A stretch of 51,761 nt of DNA from Candidatus Blautia excrementigallinarum. Lineage in GTDB: Bacteria > Bacillota > Clostridia > Lachnospirales > Lachnospiraceae. The position numbers were made by a program, and so were the translations under genes. Positions 18,947 to 29,187 of the stretch are shown here, in pieces (position 1 is the stretch's first letter; each line of letters starts with the position of its first letter). The notes beneath the pieces are model-generated. The model was not told the origin of the DNA. It saw only the letters and a list, made by a program, of their open reading frames with translations, and did not search any database. Where the stretch lies: positions 1-51,761 of the forward strand of contig DWXL01000088.1 in assembly GCA_019119235.1 (NCBI GenBank), read 5' to 3'.

Positions 18947-20197
18947 TTACTCGCTGCGCAGAGCATCGATCGGATTCAGGTTTGCCGCTTTTACTGAGGG
19001 CAGCAGACCGAAAACAACGCCGATCAGCATGGAAAACAACACCGATCCTATGATAGCCGGAACGCTGATCGCCGTAGGCGCTCCGGAAACCTGGGCGACC
19101 ACCCGGGAAAGGGCGATTCCCGAGATCACGCCGATAATGCCTCCAATACTGGTAAGCATGGACGCTTCCGTAAGGAACTGGAACAGGATCACTTTTTTCC
19201 TGGCTCCGATCGCTTTCTTCAGACCGATCTCACTGGTCCTCTCTGTTACGGAGACGAGCATAATGTTCATTACGCCGATACCGCCTACCAGAAGAGAAAT
19301 ACTGGCGATCCACAGAAGCTGCTGATTCGTGCTTTCACTGAGCTGCTGAAGGCTTCTCACACGTTCCATTACATCATCCGCCCTGTATTTAAAGCTGGAT
19401 TCCTCCCCAATCCCCTGGTTCAGAATACTGGCCGCGTCATTTCCCGCCTTGCTCATGTTATCGGTGGAATCCGCACGGATCACCGCGTTCTCAGGCTCAT
19501 CAAACTTAAATGCAATCGGCCAGCAGTCGTTGGGGATCATCACTGTTCCGATAACCGTCTGATAATATTCATAAAATTCATTGATATCTTCAATGTTGGG
19601 CTGATAACTGTCGTTCAGACGTACAACGCCTACCACCACAAACGGTTCTCCGCCAATCTCTATGGTTTTGCCCACCGGGTCCTCTCCTGCGAAGAGATTC
19701 TCCGCCGCATTAGAGTCTACCAGGGCAACTTTTCTCAGATCGTCGTAATCTTTCCGGATAAATCCACGTCCCGACTGGACCATGTACCCGCAGGTATCCA
19801 GATAGTTCATATCGATCCCGTAAATAGTCCCTCCTTGAAAAGCAGAATTCTGATAATATATACTGCTGGAATAGGTCCTGGTGTAAAAGAATGTGGCATT
19901 TTCCACATGTTCCATATCCATAACTTCTTCCTTCTGCTCCGTTGTCAGAATCGGAGGCGAACTGCTGCTCATTCCATATTCCGCGTCATACGTGGTATCG
20001 CCGTCATACAGACTAATCGTCACCGTATTATTTCCCGCTCCGATCAGATCCTCTTTGATCTGTTCACTTGTGCCTTTGATCGTAGAGACAATGGCAATAA
20101 TGGAAGCGATTCCGATAATGATACCCAGCATGGTCAGAAAAGAACGCATTTTATGCGACCAGATTCCCTGAATGGATATCCTTAAATTTTCAAGCAT
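18947..20197 (-). CDS. MacB/FtsX-family ABC permease
   Basis: RSFLTMLGIIIG, GGIGVMNIMLVSVTERTSEIGLKKAIGA, PIDALR. Confidence 0.93.
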   Translation of the reverse strand: MLENLRISIQGIWSHKMRSFLTMLGIIIGIASIIAIVSTIKGTSEQIKEDLIGAGNNTVTISLYDGDTTYDAEYGMSSSSPPILTTEQKEEVMDMEHVENATFFYTRTYSSSIYYQNSAFQGGTIYGIDMNYLDTCGYMVQSGRGFIRKDYDDLRKVALVDSNAAENLFAGEDPVGKTIEIGGEPFVVVGVVRLNDSYQPNIEDINEFYEYYQTVIGTVMIPNDCWPIAFKFDEPENAVIRADSTDNMSKAGNDAASILNQGIGEESSFKYRADDVMERVRSLQQLSESTNQQLLWIASISLLVGGIGVMNIMLVSVTERTSEIGLKKAIGARKKVILFQFLTEASMLTSIGGIIGVISGIALSRVVAQVSGAPTAISVPAIIGSVLFSMLIGVVFGLLPSVKAANLNPIDALRSE

Positions 20198-20215
20198 AAA
20201 ATTTCCGCCTTTCTT

Positions 20216-22267
20216 CTAGTATCCGTACAGTTCTTCCAGTGTACTGTCTTTTGTTTTTATGCCTTCTCTGGCAGTATCCCCATATGGGAAGGCAATTTTA
20301 TCCTCCCTGGAAAGTCCGCCCGTGATCAGTACACTGTATCCGCCGTTCACATTGCCGCCGGTAGTAAGTTCCTGTCTTGCAAGCACGCCGTTTACATCTT
20401 TGTATACATAATACACACCGTTGTCTGACCGTACAAACGCCCGGTCCAGAACAATGGCGCCGGAGGCGCTTTCCTGATTCTGAAGCGTTACTGAAAGCCA
20501 GTCGTCCTCTGAGACTTCGGCATTGCCAAGAATCGTCGCGCTGTATGTATAGTAAGATGCATTCGGATTACCCGTTCCCATATAGCTGCTGGAATTTACC
20601 GGATATTCAGAAACATCCACAACCTCGGCCTCGAAACTACCGCTGCTTCCTGAACAGTTCAGAATCGTTCCCTCCGTCACCTGATCCAGCATGAGTTCAC
20701 TGACTGTTCCACGCACATAGTAGCCTTCTTTACTTTTAATGCTCATAAAGGAACTGCCGTCAGATGTTCCGGTGTCCGGATCCCCTATATTCGCAACTGT
20801 TCCGTCCAGTCTGCTGTAGATCACTTCATTCTGAACTTTTTTCTCCAGTTTACCGATTGAGATCTCGCTTTCACGGATGTCAAGTTTCAGGCTCTCTATT
20901 CTTGTTTCCTGTATTTTGATCGCCTCTTCTCTTGACATGGAAGGCGTCAGTTCTTCTCCGCTTCCTCCCGGATCATAACCTCCGTCCAGATAAGGAAGAT
21001 CCTCTTCATACTGCGATGCGCCGTCAAGAGTAAACTCCACTTCCGAGAATTCGTCGGCCATGCTTTCAAGCAGACTGCCGTCTATAAGATAATATCCTGT
21101 GCAGGATTCTTTTCTGTCCTGAAAATTCGTAACAGTATCATTTAAATGGAATTCCAGCTGATACCAATAGCCGTTAAAACCGAATTCCTTCGTCCCGTCT
21201 TCCAAAAATCCGGCCATTTTGTTGAGAAAAGCGCCGGTGACAACGACTTTGCCTTTCGCCGAACTGCAGAGAAAAACAAAAGGATCTTCTTCTGTTCCCG
21301 TTCCGGTAAAAGGTTCTGTGTCCGCGTCTATCTTCTGATAAAACTCCGGTTCTCCATCGGTGAGGTCGTCTGTTTTTTCCTGCGGATTCGTATCTATGAT
21401 CTCCACGTTGTCCACAGGATCGCCGGAAGGCGCGGGACTGGGCGTCGGAGTAGGTTCCATACTCGGATCATTTTCGCCAGAGTCCGGTTCTTCTTCGCCC
21501 GGATCAGCTGTGATATCTCCTTTTCCGCCTGTACTCTCGCCGGATTCCTCCTGATCCGTAAAACCGGAATCCGGAGTTTCCGTGATTTCCGGAAATTCTG
21601 TCTGCTGTGTTCCCTGCTGTCCGGCAAAATCCGTACCTGCATTCTCATCGCCGGCAGCTTGTGCACCTCCGGAAAAATCATTTCCTGTTCCGTCGCCAAA
21701 AAGTCCGGCAGCTGCCAGGATCGGGCGCATGACCGCCGCCAGATAACTCCCCTGGACATTCCCGCCCGCATAGGCAAGATCGTCGTCTATCTCCTCCATA
21801 TCATCTGATGTGGAGACACCTACTCCGGAAGTCTTCAGGAGTGAGGAATCATTCAGTATCTCATCTATCGGACCGCCGTTTTTCAGGCTGGTAAGACGTT
21901 TCTGCGCCTTGCTGAGATCCTGCTCCAGCTGCTGCTGCTTAAGCCGCGCTATATTCAGTTCCATCTGTACAAGTGTCATGTCAAAGGAGATCAGGGGATC
22001 CCCTTCCTTTACGGAATCTCCCTCAGACACATACAGTTCATCAATGATCATATCTTTATCTACATTGATGTTCTGAGTTACATTGGTAACAATGTTGCCT
22101 TCCAGCATCATTTCATCTGTATAATAATCTGTAGCAATACTGTCAACACTCACCACCGGGACTGTATCCTGTCTGGAGTTCCTGTAGTACAGTATTCCGC
22201 CGGCAGCTCCGCCTACAACCAGCGCCGTAATCAGGACGCCAATGACAGCAATCTTTATCTTACTCAT
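20216..22267 (-). CDS. Membrane-fusion protein with a large insertion in the helical hairpin
   Basis: TM anchor, VSEGDSVKEGDPL, coiled coil, ~310-aa acidic insert, second helix, SRLDGTV. Confidence 0.75.
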   Translation of the reverse strand: MSKIKIAVIGVLITALVVGGAAGGILYYRNSRQDTVPVVSVDSIATDYYTDEMMLEGNIVTNVTQNINVDKDMIIDELYVSEGDSVKEGDPLISFDMTLVQMELNIARLKQQQLEQDLSKAQKRLTSLKNGGPIDEILNDSSLLKTSGVGVSTSDDMEEIDDDLAYAGGNVQGSYLAAVMRPILAAAGLFGDGTGNDFSGGAQAAGDENAGTDFAGQQGTQQTEFPEITETPDSGFTDQEESGESTGGKGDITADPGEEEPDSGENDPSMEPTPTPSPAPSGDPVDNVEIIDTNPQEKTDDLTDGEPEFYQKIDADTEPFTGTGTEEDPFVFLCSSAKGKVVVTGAFLNKMAGFLEDGTKEFGFNGYWYQLEFHLNDTVTNFQDRKESCTGYYLIDGSLLESMADEFSEVEFTLDGASQYEEDLPYLDGGYDPGGSGEELTPSMSREEAIKIQETRIESLKLDIRESEISIGKLEKKVQNEVIYSRLDGTVANIGDPDTGTSDGSSFMSIKSKEGYYVRGTVSELMLDQVTEGTILNCSGSSGSFEAEVVDVSEYPVNSSSYMGTGNPNASYYTYSATILGNAEVSEDDWLSVTLQNQESASGAIVLDRAFVRSDNGVYYVYKDVNGVLARQELTTGGNVNGGYSVLITGGLSREDKIAFPYGDTAREGIKTKDSTLEELYGY

Positions 22268-22944
22268 TTATTCACCCCTTTTTCTGTCAGCTCACCGTCA
22301 CGGATCAGCACCACGCGTTTGGCGTGAGCTGCGATGTCCGGATCATGGGTGATCATCAGAACGGTAACTCCCTCATCATTCAGCTTCTGGAAAAGTTCCA
22401 TCACCTGTGCCCCTGATTTACTGTCCAGCGCACCTGTGGGTTCATCCGCCAGAAGGATCTTCGGATTATTCACGATCGCTCTGGCAATGGCAACTCTCTG
22501 CATCTGCCCGCCGGAAAGCTGATTCGGCCGGAAATTCACTCTGTCGGAAAGTCCCACTCTGTCAAGCGCCTTCAGCGCCCTCTCTCTCCTTTCTTTCCGG
22601 GGCACCTTTGCATAATTCAGCGGCATCTCCACATTTGCCAGGGCAGACTGCCTGGAAAGGAGATGAAAGCTCTGAAATACAAAGCCGATTTTATTCAGGC
22701 GTATGTCCGACATCGTATTCTCTGAACAGGAACGGATATCCTGCCCGTCCAGGATAAAGCTCCCCTCCGTTGCCTGATCGAGACAGCCGATAATATTCAT
22801 AAGTGTGGTCTTGCCGGAGCCGGAAGGCCCCATAATGGCCACATATTCCCCTTCTTCCATGGAGAAATCCACATTTTTCAGCACAGGTACCTTCAGTTTG
22901 CCCTGCTGATATTCTTTATATATCCCCTTCAGTTCAAGAATCAT
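22264..22944 (-). CDS. MacB/LolD-type ABC ATP-binding protein
   Basis: GPSGSGKT, LSGGQMQRVAIARA, DEPTGALD. Confidence 0.95.
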   Translation of the reverse strand: MILELKGIYKEYQQGKLKVPVLKNVDFSMEEGEYVAIMGPSGSGKTTLMNIIGCLDQATEGSFILDGQDIRSCSENTMSDIRLNKIGFVFQSFHLLSRQSALANVEMPLNYAKVPRKERRERALKALDRVGLSDRVNFRPNQLSGGQMQRVAIARAIVNNPKILLADEPTGALDSKSGAQVMELFQKLNDEGVTVLMITHDPDIAAHAKRVVLIRDGELTEKGVNK

Positions 22945-22998
22945 TTCTGCCTCCGTGTTCTGTTATACTGTCCGATAGTGCATCTGTTCCGTACTCCC

Positions 22999-24567
22999 CT
23001 ATTCCAGAGGCACCAGCTCATCGTCAAGAATTGTCCCGTCCGACATCTGGGAATCGTCAAACATTTCGTCTCCGCCGGCTGCCATGGATGCGTCAGCGTC
23101 CGTCATTCCTGTATCGTCAGCCACGTCGTCCCAGCCGGAAGCCGTATCGTCTACGATCATCCCGTCCTCCGGCATTCCCGTGTCATCCAGAAGCATATCA
23201 TCTTCCATCATCATGCCGTCGTCCGTCGTCATTCCGTCGTCCATCGTCATTCCGTCATCCATCATCATTCCGTCATCCATGACAGCGTCTCCAGAACTCA
23301 TACCGTCGTCAACAGGAACCATCTCCACACTTTCTGTCTGAGCTGCGCTGCTGACAGTCGTCGCCATTCCCTCCGTCAGTGTATCAGACGGAAATGCAAT
23401 ATAATCATTCTTGGTCAGACCGTCGGCAATCTCGTATTCTCCCAGTGTTTCATCATACTGACCCAGGATGACCGGACGCTTCTCCAGCTTTTTGTCTTCA
23501 TCTGCAGCCCATACGTAAGGACTGTCGGTAGCTGCATCCACAATATAAAATTCACTGAGCCACAGACCCTCTTTTTTGTCCTCCTGGCCCTCATCCATCT
23601 CAATATATACATGCTGCCCCAGCATCAGACCGTCTGAAGAGTCCAGATGCACATAAAACGGATATGTACTGGATGACGTCTGCGATCCGCTGGTGTCTAC
23701 CATACCGTAATACATGGAACTGCTGTCTTCCGTATTGGCGCTGTCTCTGTCCACAGTACCCATAGTTCCCCGCCAGATCTCATCTTCATCCACACGGGAC
23801 CGGATGATCACAGGAGAACCTTCGATAATATTGCCCACATTCATCTCATTTACCGTACCTTTGATCCTGTATGCGCCGGTACTTAGGATCGTTATGAACG
23901 CATGACTGGAATCATCCCCGGAAAGCGTGGAATAATCCACAGCGGAATCCAGGCTGTCTCCGTCGTCTGTAGTCAGCTGGGAAGTATCTATCTTCTGGAT
24001 CACGCCGTCAATAGAGCTTCTGACCTCCGTGTTTCCTGTGGCGTTCTGAAGTTTCGTGATTTCTGCCTGCTTGCTTTTCTGATCGTATTCATTTTTTTTC
24101 AGATTCATCCGGTTTGTTTCAATTTCTATTGTATAGGAAAGCTGGGAGTCCTGGGACGCTTTCTTTTTTTCTTTCTCCAGGGTGGCTATCTGTTCTGTCA
24201 GACTGGCCGCTTCGTTTTTCAGTCTGTCCAGTTCCAGCTGGCTTTCTGCCAGATCTTCCTGGATACTGCTCAGGTCATACTCAAAAAGGAGCTGACCCTG
24301 CTTTACCTCTTCCCCGGTTTCCACCTGGACTTCTTTTACGGTTCTTCCGCTCTCAAGCTCTACCTCCACCGTCTCCTGAGGCTCCACGACTCCTGCATAT
24401 CTGTTTGACACGCCGGCAACGTCGCCGGTGATCTCACTCACCTGAGATACATAAGCTGCAGGTCCGCTGTCGCTGCCGCCGCCGAACACTCCCAGTTTCC
24501 AGCATACGCCTGCCGCAGCCCCCGCGATTATAATTATTCCCAAAAGGATTAAGATACGTTTTTTCAT
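22999..24567 (-). CDS. Membrane-fusion protein with an Asp/Met-rich C-terminal tail
   Basis: TM anchor, VETGEEVKQGQLL, coiled coil, SSIDGVI; DDGMxx repeats. Confidence 0.85.
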   Translation of the reverse strand: MKKRILILLGIIIIAGAAAGVCWKLGVFGGGSDSGPAAYVSQVSEITGDVAGVSNRYAGVVEPQETVEVELESGRTVKEVQVETGEEVKQGQLLFEYDLSSIQEDLAESQLELDRLKNEAASLTEQIATLEKEKKKASQDSQLSYTIEIETNRMNLKKNEYDQKSKQAEITKLQNATGNTEVRSSIDGVIQKIDTSQLTTDDGDSLDSAVDYSTLSGDDSSHAFITILSTGAYRIKGTVNEMNVGNIIEGSPVIIRSRVDEDEIWRGTMGTVDRDSANTEDSSSMYYGMVDTSGSQTSSSTYPFYVHLDSSDGLMLGQHVYIEMDEGQEDKKEGLWLSEFYIVDAATDSPYVWAADEDKKLEKRPVILGQYDETLGEYEIADGLTKNDYIAFPSDTLTEGMATTVSSAAQTESVEMVPVDDGMSSGDAVMDDGMMMDDGMTMDDGMTTDDGMMMEDDMLLDDTGMPEDGMIVDDTASGWDDVADDTGMTDADASMAAGGDEMFDDSQMSDGTILDDELVPLE

Positions 24568-24833
24568 AATATTTTACAACCTCCTGCACAGGCGGACATA
24601 TCCGCGCCGCTTCCTCACCTCTCCCGAGCATAAGGTCTTATCTGTTCCTTGTTTCTGATCTTATTATCATATCAGATTATAACGTAAAAGAAAAGTCCCG
24701 GCCAGAAGCAGCTGTTATTTTCACATTTTTTTCACGTTTTATTTAGAAAAAAGCCGTGAAATTTCCGTTTTTTTGACTTTTCAGGCATTATCTGGTAGAA
24801 TAGAAAAGAATATTTTGGAAAGGAAAGAAACTT

Positions 24834-26024
24834 ATGAAGATGGCAAAAGCATGGATTTCCTTCCTTCTGCTCATCCTCGCCGTTACTGTCTGTATCGGCT
24901 GTTCCCACGTGGATAAGACAGATGTGGAAGGAGTCATCACAAATGAGCTGAACCTTTTAAAAAATCTCGATTCTGACACCGTTCATAAGTATGTTGCCTA
25001 CGAAGAACTGTTTCCGGACGTCAAAGGAAAAGCTGAACTTTCTAATGAAGTAGAAGAAGTCTTTTCTTTATTTTTCAAGGATTTTGATTACAAGATCCTC
25101 GAAATCGACGTCGGTCAAGATAAAATGTCGGCAACTGCCAGATTAAAGCTCTCTACGCTTGATACGAAGGCTCTGGCGAAAGATTACGACACCGCGCATC
25201 TGGAAGATGCTATCCTGAGTGCTGCTTCCGGTTCCGATGAGAATCCTGATTCTCTGGAATCCCGGTACCTGATCTTAAATGAGCTTCTTAAGAACAGACA
25301 ATACGATACTGTGGAAACAGACTGCAGTATGGAACTTAAGAACACAGGCACAGACACCGAGGAATGGGAAATCGTCCGGACATACGATCTGGAAAATAAT
25401 CTTGTCGGCGGTCTTATGACATATCTGTCTGACAGTGACCTTCTTACACCGGAGGAAACACTGACCGTCTATTTAAACACCCTGAAAACCATGGATCTGA
25501 ATCAGATGAGCAACTATCTGGGCATCGAAAGCCTTCTCAATACTTCCGATGAAGCCAAGAGTTCCATTGCCGCCGCTCTGGTAGAACAGGTCCACAATAA
25601 TTTTGATTTTAAAATCTCCGGTTCTGATATTCAGAGTTACAAAGCCACTGTAAATACAGAGCTTACAACTTTTGACAGCAGTACGATCCTGGAGACATAT
25701 CAGAATGAACTGACCGAATACCTGAATTCACCGGATGCCGTAATTGACGGTTCCCAGAAGCGGTATGAACATTCTCTGGAACTTCTTCTGAAGAACATTG
25801 AAGAAAACACGGCCACTGTAACCTCTCCGGTATCTTTTTATCTTATCAACGACGGGGTATCCTGGAAACTGACAGACGAAAGCCAGTCATTAAGTTCCGG
25901 AATTTTCGGCAATCTTGTCAGCACTCCTGTCGCGGAAGATATGGACGGATATGAGGACGGTTCAGAAGAAGAATACAGCGAAGACGATTCTTATGAAGAA
26001 GATGATTCTTCCTATGAGGAGTGA
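24834..26024 (+). CDS. Lipoprotein of unknown function with two repeated domains
   Basis: Lipobox CIGC; repeated FDYKI...ATA / FDFKI...ATV pattern; acidic tail. Confidence 0.75.
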   Translation: MKMAKAWISFLLLILAVTVCIGCSHVDKTDVEGVITNELNLLKNLDSDTVHKYVAYEELFPDVKGKAELSNEVEEVFSLFFKDFDYKILEIDVGQDKMSATARLKLSTLDTKALAKDYDTAHLEDAILSAASGSDENPDSLESRYLILNELLKNRQYDTVETDCSMELKNTGTDTEEWEIVRTYDLENNLVGGLMTYLSDSDLLTPEETLTVYLNTLKTMDLNQMSNYLGIESLLNTSDEAKSSIAAALVEQVHNNFDFKISGSDIQSYKATVNTELTTFDSSTILETYQNELTEYLNSPDAVIDGSQKRYEHSLELLLKNIEENTATVTSPVSFYLINDGVSWKLTDESQSLSSGIFGNLVSTPVAEDMDGYEDGSEEEYSEDDSYEEDDSSYEE

Positions 26025-26042
26025 TCTCCTGGATTTACAGTA

Positions 26043-26092
26043 AAACAAAGAGCACAGCCGCGAAACAGTTCCGGCTGTGCTCTTTTTGTTTT
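26043..26092. terminator. Bidirectional intrinsic terminator
   Basis: AAAGAGCACAGCCG/CGGCTGTGCTCTTT between convergent genes. Confidence 0.85.
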
Positions 26093-26105
26093 GTGTTATG
26101 CTTTG

Positions 26106-27899
26106 TTATTCCTCCACTTCTGCGGCTGTCTCCAGTCCGAGTTCTTCCAGCTGCGCCTGGCTTACCCTGCTGGGAGATTCTGTCATCAGACAGGAAGCGT
26201 CTTTTACCTTGGGGAACGCGATCACGTCACGGATGCTGTCCACTTTGGCCATGAGCATCACCAGACGGTCAAGTCCGTAGGCAAGTCCCGCGTGAGGGGG
26301 AACGCCGTATTTGAATGCGTTCAGAAGGAAACCGAACTGTTCGTAGGCGGCTTCTTTTGTGAAGCCCAGCATCTCGAACATCTTCTCCTGGATATCGTTC
26401 TGATGGATCCTGACGCTTCCGCCTCCGATCTCATTTCCGTTCAGCACGATATCGTAAGCTTTCGCCCGCACTTTGCCGGGATCTGTATCCAGAAGAGGGA
26501 TATCCTCGTCCATCATCATGGTGAAGGGATGATGCATGGCTGTAAATCTGTTCTCTTCTTCATTCCACTCCAGCAGCGGGAATTCTGTCACCCATACGAA
26601 ACGGTATTCGTTCTTGTCCAGGAGCTCCATCTGTTTTGCCAGCTCCACACGGAGCGCGCCGAGAACATCATAAACAACTTTGTTGCGGTCAGCGGCAAAG
26701 AGAAGCAGGTCTCCCGGCTTTCCGTCCATGGCGCTTACAAGTCCGTCCATTTCTTCATCGGTCATGAATTTCGCGAAAGAGGATTTCCTGGTCCCGTCTT
26801 CCGCAATGGCGATATAGGCGAGACCTTTCGCACCATATCCTTTCGCAAATTCCACCAGCTTGTCGATCTTCTTGCGGGGCATGGAACCCTGTCCCTCGGC
26901 GTTGATGCCGCGGACGCTTCCGCCTGCCTCAAGGGCGCCTTTAAATACCGCGAATCCGCAGTCCTTCACAACTTCGCTTACATCATGAAGCTCCATACCG
27001 AAACGCATATCCGGTTTGTCTGATCCGAAACGGTCCATGGCTTCCTGCCATGTGATCCTCTGGATCGGAAGCTTCACGTCCACATCCAGCACTTCTTTGA
27101 AAAGATATGCCAGAAATCTTTCATTCACATCAATAACGTCGTCCACATCCACGAAAGAAAGCTCCATATCGATCTGGGTGAACTCCGGCTGACGGTCCGC
27201 GCGAAGGTCTTCATCCCGGAAACAACGGGCGATCTGGATATAGCGGTCATAACCGGAACACATCAGAAGCTGCTTATACAGCTGGGGAGACTGGGGCAGT
27301 CCGTAGAAACATCCGGGATGAATTCTGGAGGGCACCAGATAATCCCGTGCTCCTTCCGGAGTACTCTTGCCCAGCATGGGAGTCTCGATCTCCAGGAATC
27401 CTTCGTCCGCGAAGAATTTTCTGGTAAGCATTGCCACTTTGCTCTTCAGCATGATATTTCTCTGAAGGTCCGGCCTTCTCAGATCCAGATAACGGTATTT
27501 CAGACGGATCTCGTCTTTTGTCTTGCTGTTCTCCTCAATGGGGAAGGGCGGCACTTCTGATTCAGAAAGCACCCGCAGAGAATTTACGCGCAGCTCCAGC
27601 TCGCCTGTGGCAAGATGTTCGTTCACCGCTCCGCCTCGTTTCTCTACCACGCCGGTTACAGCGATCACAAATTCACTTCTCAGCTTTCCAGCTTTTTCAA
27701 ATCCGGCTTCATCGATGCTGCCGTTCTCGAAGATCAGCTGCATGATCCCTGAGCGGTCTCTCAGGTCAACAAATACGATACCGCCTTTATTGCGGGCTTT
27801 CTGCACCCATCCCATCAGCGTGATACTGCTGCCGGTCATTTCCTTTGTCACTTCCGCACAGCGGCAGGTTCTGTGCAGTCCCTTCATACTTTCAGCCAT
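26106..27899 (-). CDS. aspS: Aspartate--tRNA ligase
   Basis: STPEGARDYLVPSR, FRDEDLRADRQPEFTQ, PPHAGLAYGLDR. Confidence 0.98.
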   Translation of the reverse strand: MAESMKGLHRTCRCAEVTKEMTGSSITLMGWVQKARNKGGIVFVDLRDRSGIMQLIFENGSIDEAGFEKAGKLRSEFVIAVTGVVEKRGGAVNEHLATGELELRVNSLRVLSESEVPPFPIEENSKTKDEIRLKYRYLDLRRPDLQRNIMLKSKVAMLTRKFFADEGFLEIETPMLGKSTPEGARDYLVPSRIHPGCFYGLPQSPQLYKQLLMCSGYDRYIQIARCFRDEDLRADRQPEFTQIDMELSFVDVDDVIDVNERFLAYLFKEVLDVDVKLPIQRITWQEAMDRFGSDKPDMRFGMELHDVSEVVKDCGFAVFKGALEAGGSVRGINAEGQGSMPRKKIDKLVEFAKGYGAKGLAYIAIAEDGTRKSSFAKFMTDEEMDGLVSAMDGKPGDLLLFAADRNKVVYDVLGALRVELAKQMELLDKNEYRFVWVTEFPLLEWNEEENRFTAMHHPFTMMMDEDIPLLDTDPGKVRAKAYDIVLNGNEIGGGSVRIHQNDIQEKMFEMLGFTKEAAYEQFGFLLNAFKYGVPPHAGLAYGLDRLVMLMAKVDSIRDVIAFPKVKDASCLMTESPSRVSQAQLEELGLETAAEVEE

Positions 27900-27930
27900 T
27901 GCTTGTGTCTCCTTTTTCGTTATATACCTG

Positions 27931-29187
27931 TTATACTCTGTCGCGGAAAAATTCTACAAATTCCGTATAGCCTTCCGCGGCCAGCTGTTCTTTCTGGAAT
28001 TTCTTATTCTTCTTCATAATGGAAAGGTTCACCTGTACGCCGCGGCTTCTCTCCTCTTCAGCCTGTTTCAGAATCGTGAGAAGTTTGTCCGCCGGCATGT
28101 TTTTCTCTATGAGGAAGGCTTTCTTCTCCGCGGTTCCCGGAACCTCGTATCCTCTTTCCAGAAGAAGCATGACGATCCTTTCAAAACCAATGGAAAAACC
28201 GCAGGCAGAAGTGTTCTGGCCGGTAAATTTGCCGATCATCTCATCGTACCGTCCGCCGCCTCCCACAGAACCGCCGAACTCGTCCATCGCGATCTCGAAA
28301 ATCGGTCCTGTATAATAGGACATTCCCCGCACAAGGGTGGGATCAAAGGCGATCCGGAAATCAGCCGTCTTTACAGCGTCCACGGAAGTGATGATGGTTT
28401 CCAGGTCCTCCGCCACCTCCGGAGCAAGAACGTCTTTCAGTTTTTCTTTCAGATAGCGTACGCCCTGGATATCCCCTGTAACCTCGCGGAAAAGTCCAAG
28501 ATAGGTGTCGATGCTTTCCTTTGAAAATCCTTCTTTTTCAAGTTCCGCCGCAACTCCCTCCAGGCCGATCTTGTCCATTTTGTCCAGAATGATAAATACA
28601 GTATCGAAACTTTCTTCCGGAAAACCGCTGTACTGGGCCATGGCCTTCAGGATCTTCCGGTCGTTGATGCGGATCGTGAAATTATGAAAATCCAGTTTTC
28701 CAAGGAGCGTCGTGGTGGCCAGCACCAGTTCGATCTCCGCAAGGTAAGTCGGCTCGCCCAGGATATCGATATCGCACTGCATAAACTGACGGAAACGTCC
28801 TCTCTGGGGACGGTCCGCTCTCCACACGTTACCCATCTGCAATGCCTTGAAAGGAGTCGGAAGCTCGTTGGCATTGTTGGAATAATATCGGGAAAGAGGC
28901 ACTGTCAGGTCGTAACGCAGGCCGGAGTCCACAAGGTCTCCTTCCTCTTTCGCGGTATCAAGTTTCAGTTTTTCTCCTCTTTTCAGGATCTTGAAGATCA
29001 GTTTCTCGTTTTCTCCGCCCTGCTTGCTGGAAAGATTCTCAATGTGTTCCACACAGGGTGTTTCGATTGAGGAAAAGCCGAATTTCCCGTATGTCTCACG
29101 GATCATGTTCATCACATAATTACGGATTTCCATCTCCTTTGGTAAAATGTCCTTCATACCGGTTACCGGTTTTTTCTTTAACGCCAT
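27931..29187 (-). CDS. hisS: Histidine--tRNA ligase
   Basis: LRYDLTVP, RPQRGRFRQF, RGMSYYTG, GGGRYD. Confidence 0.97.
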   Translation of the reverse strand: MALKKKPVTGMKDILPKEMEIRNYVMNMIRETYGKFGFSSIETPCVEHIENLSSKQGGENEKLIFKILKRGEKLKLDTAKEEGDLVDSGLRYDLTVPLSRYYSNNANELPTPFKALQMGNVWRADRPQRGRFRQFMQCDIDILGEPTYLAEIELVLATTTLLGKLDFHNFTIRINDRKILKAMAQYSGFPEESFDTVFIILDKMDKIGLEGVAAELEKEGFSKESIDTYLGLFREVTGDIQGVRYLKEKLKDVLAPEVAEDLETIITSVDAVKTADFRIAFDPTLVRGMSYYTGPIFEIAMDEFGGSVGGGGRYDEMIGKFTGQNTSACGFSIGFERIVMLLLERGYEVPGTAEKKAFLIEKNMPADKLLTILKQAEEERSRGVQVNLSIMKKNKKFQKEQLAAEGYTEFVEFFRDRV

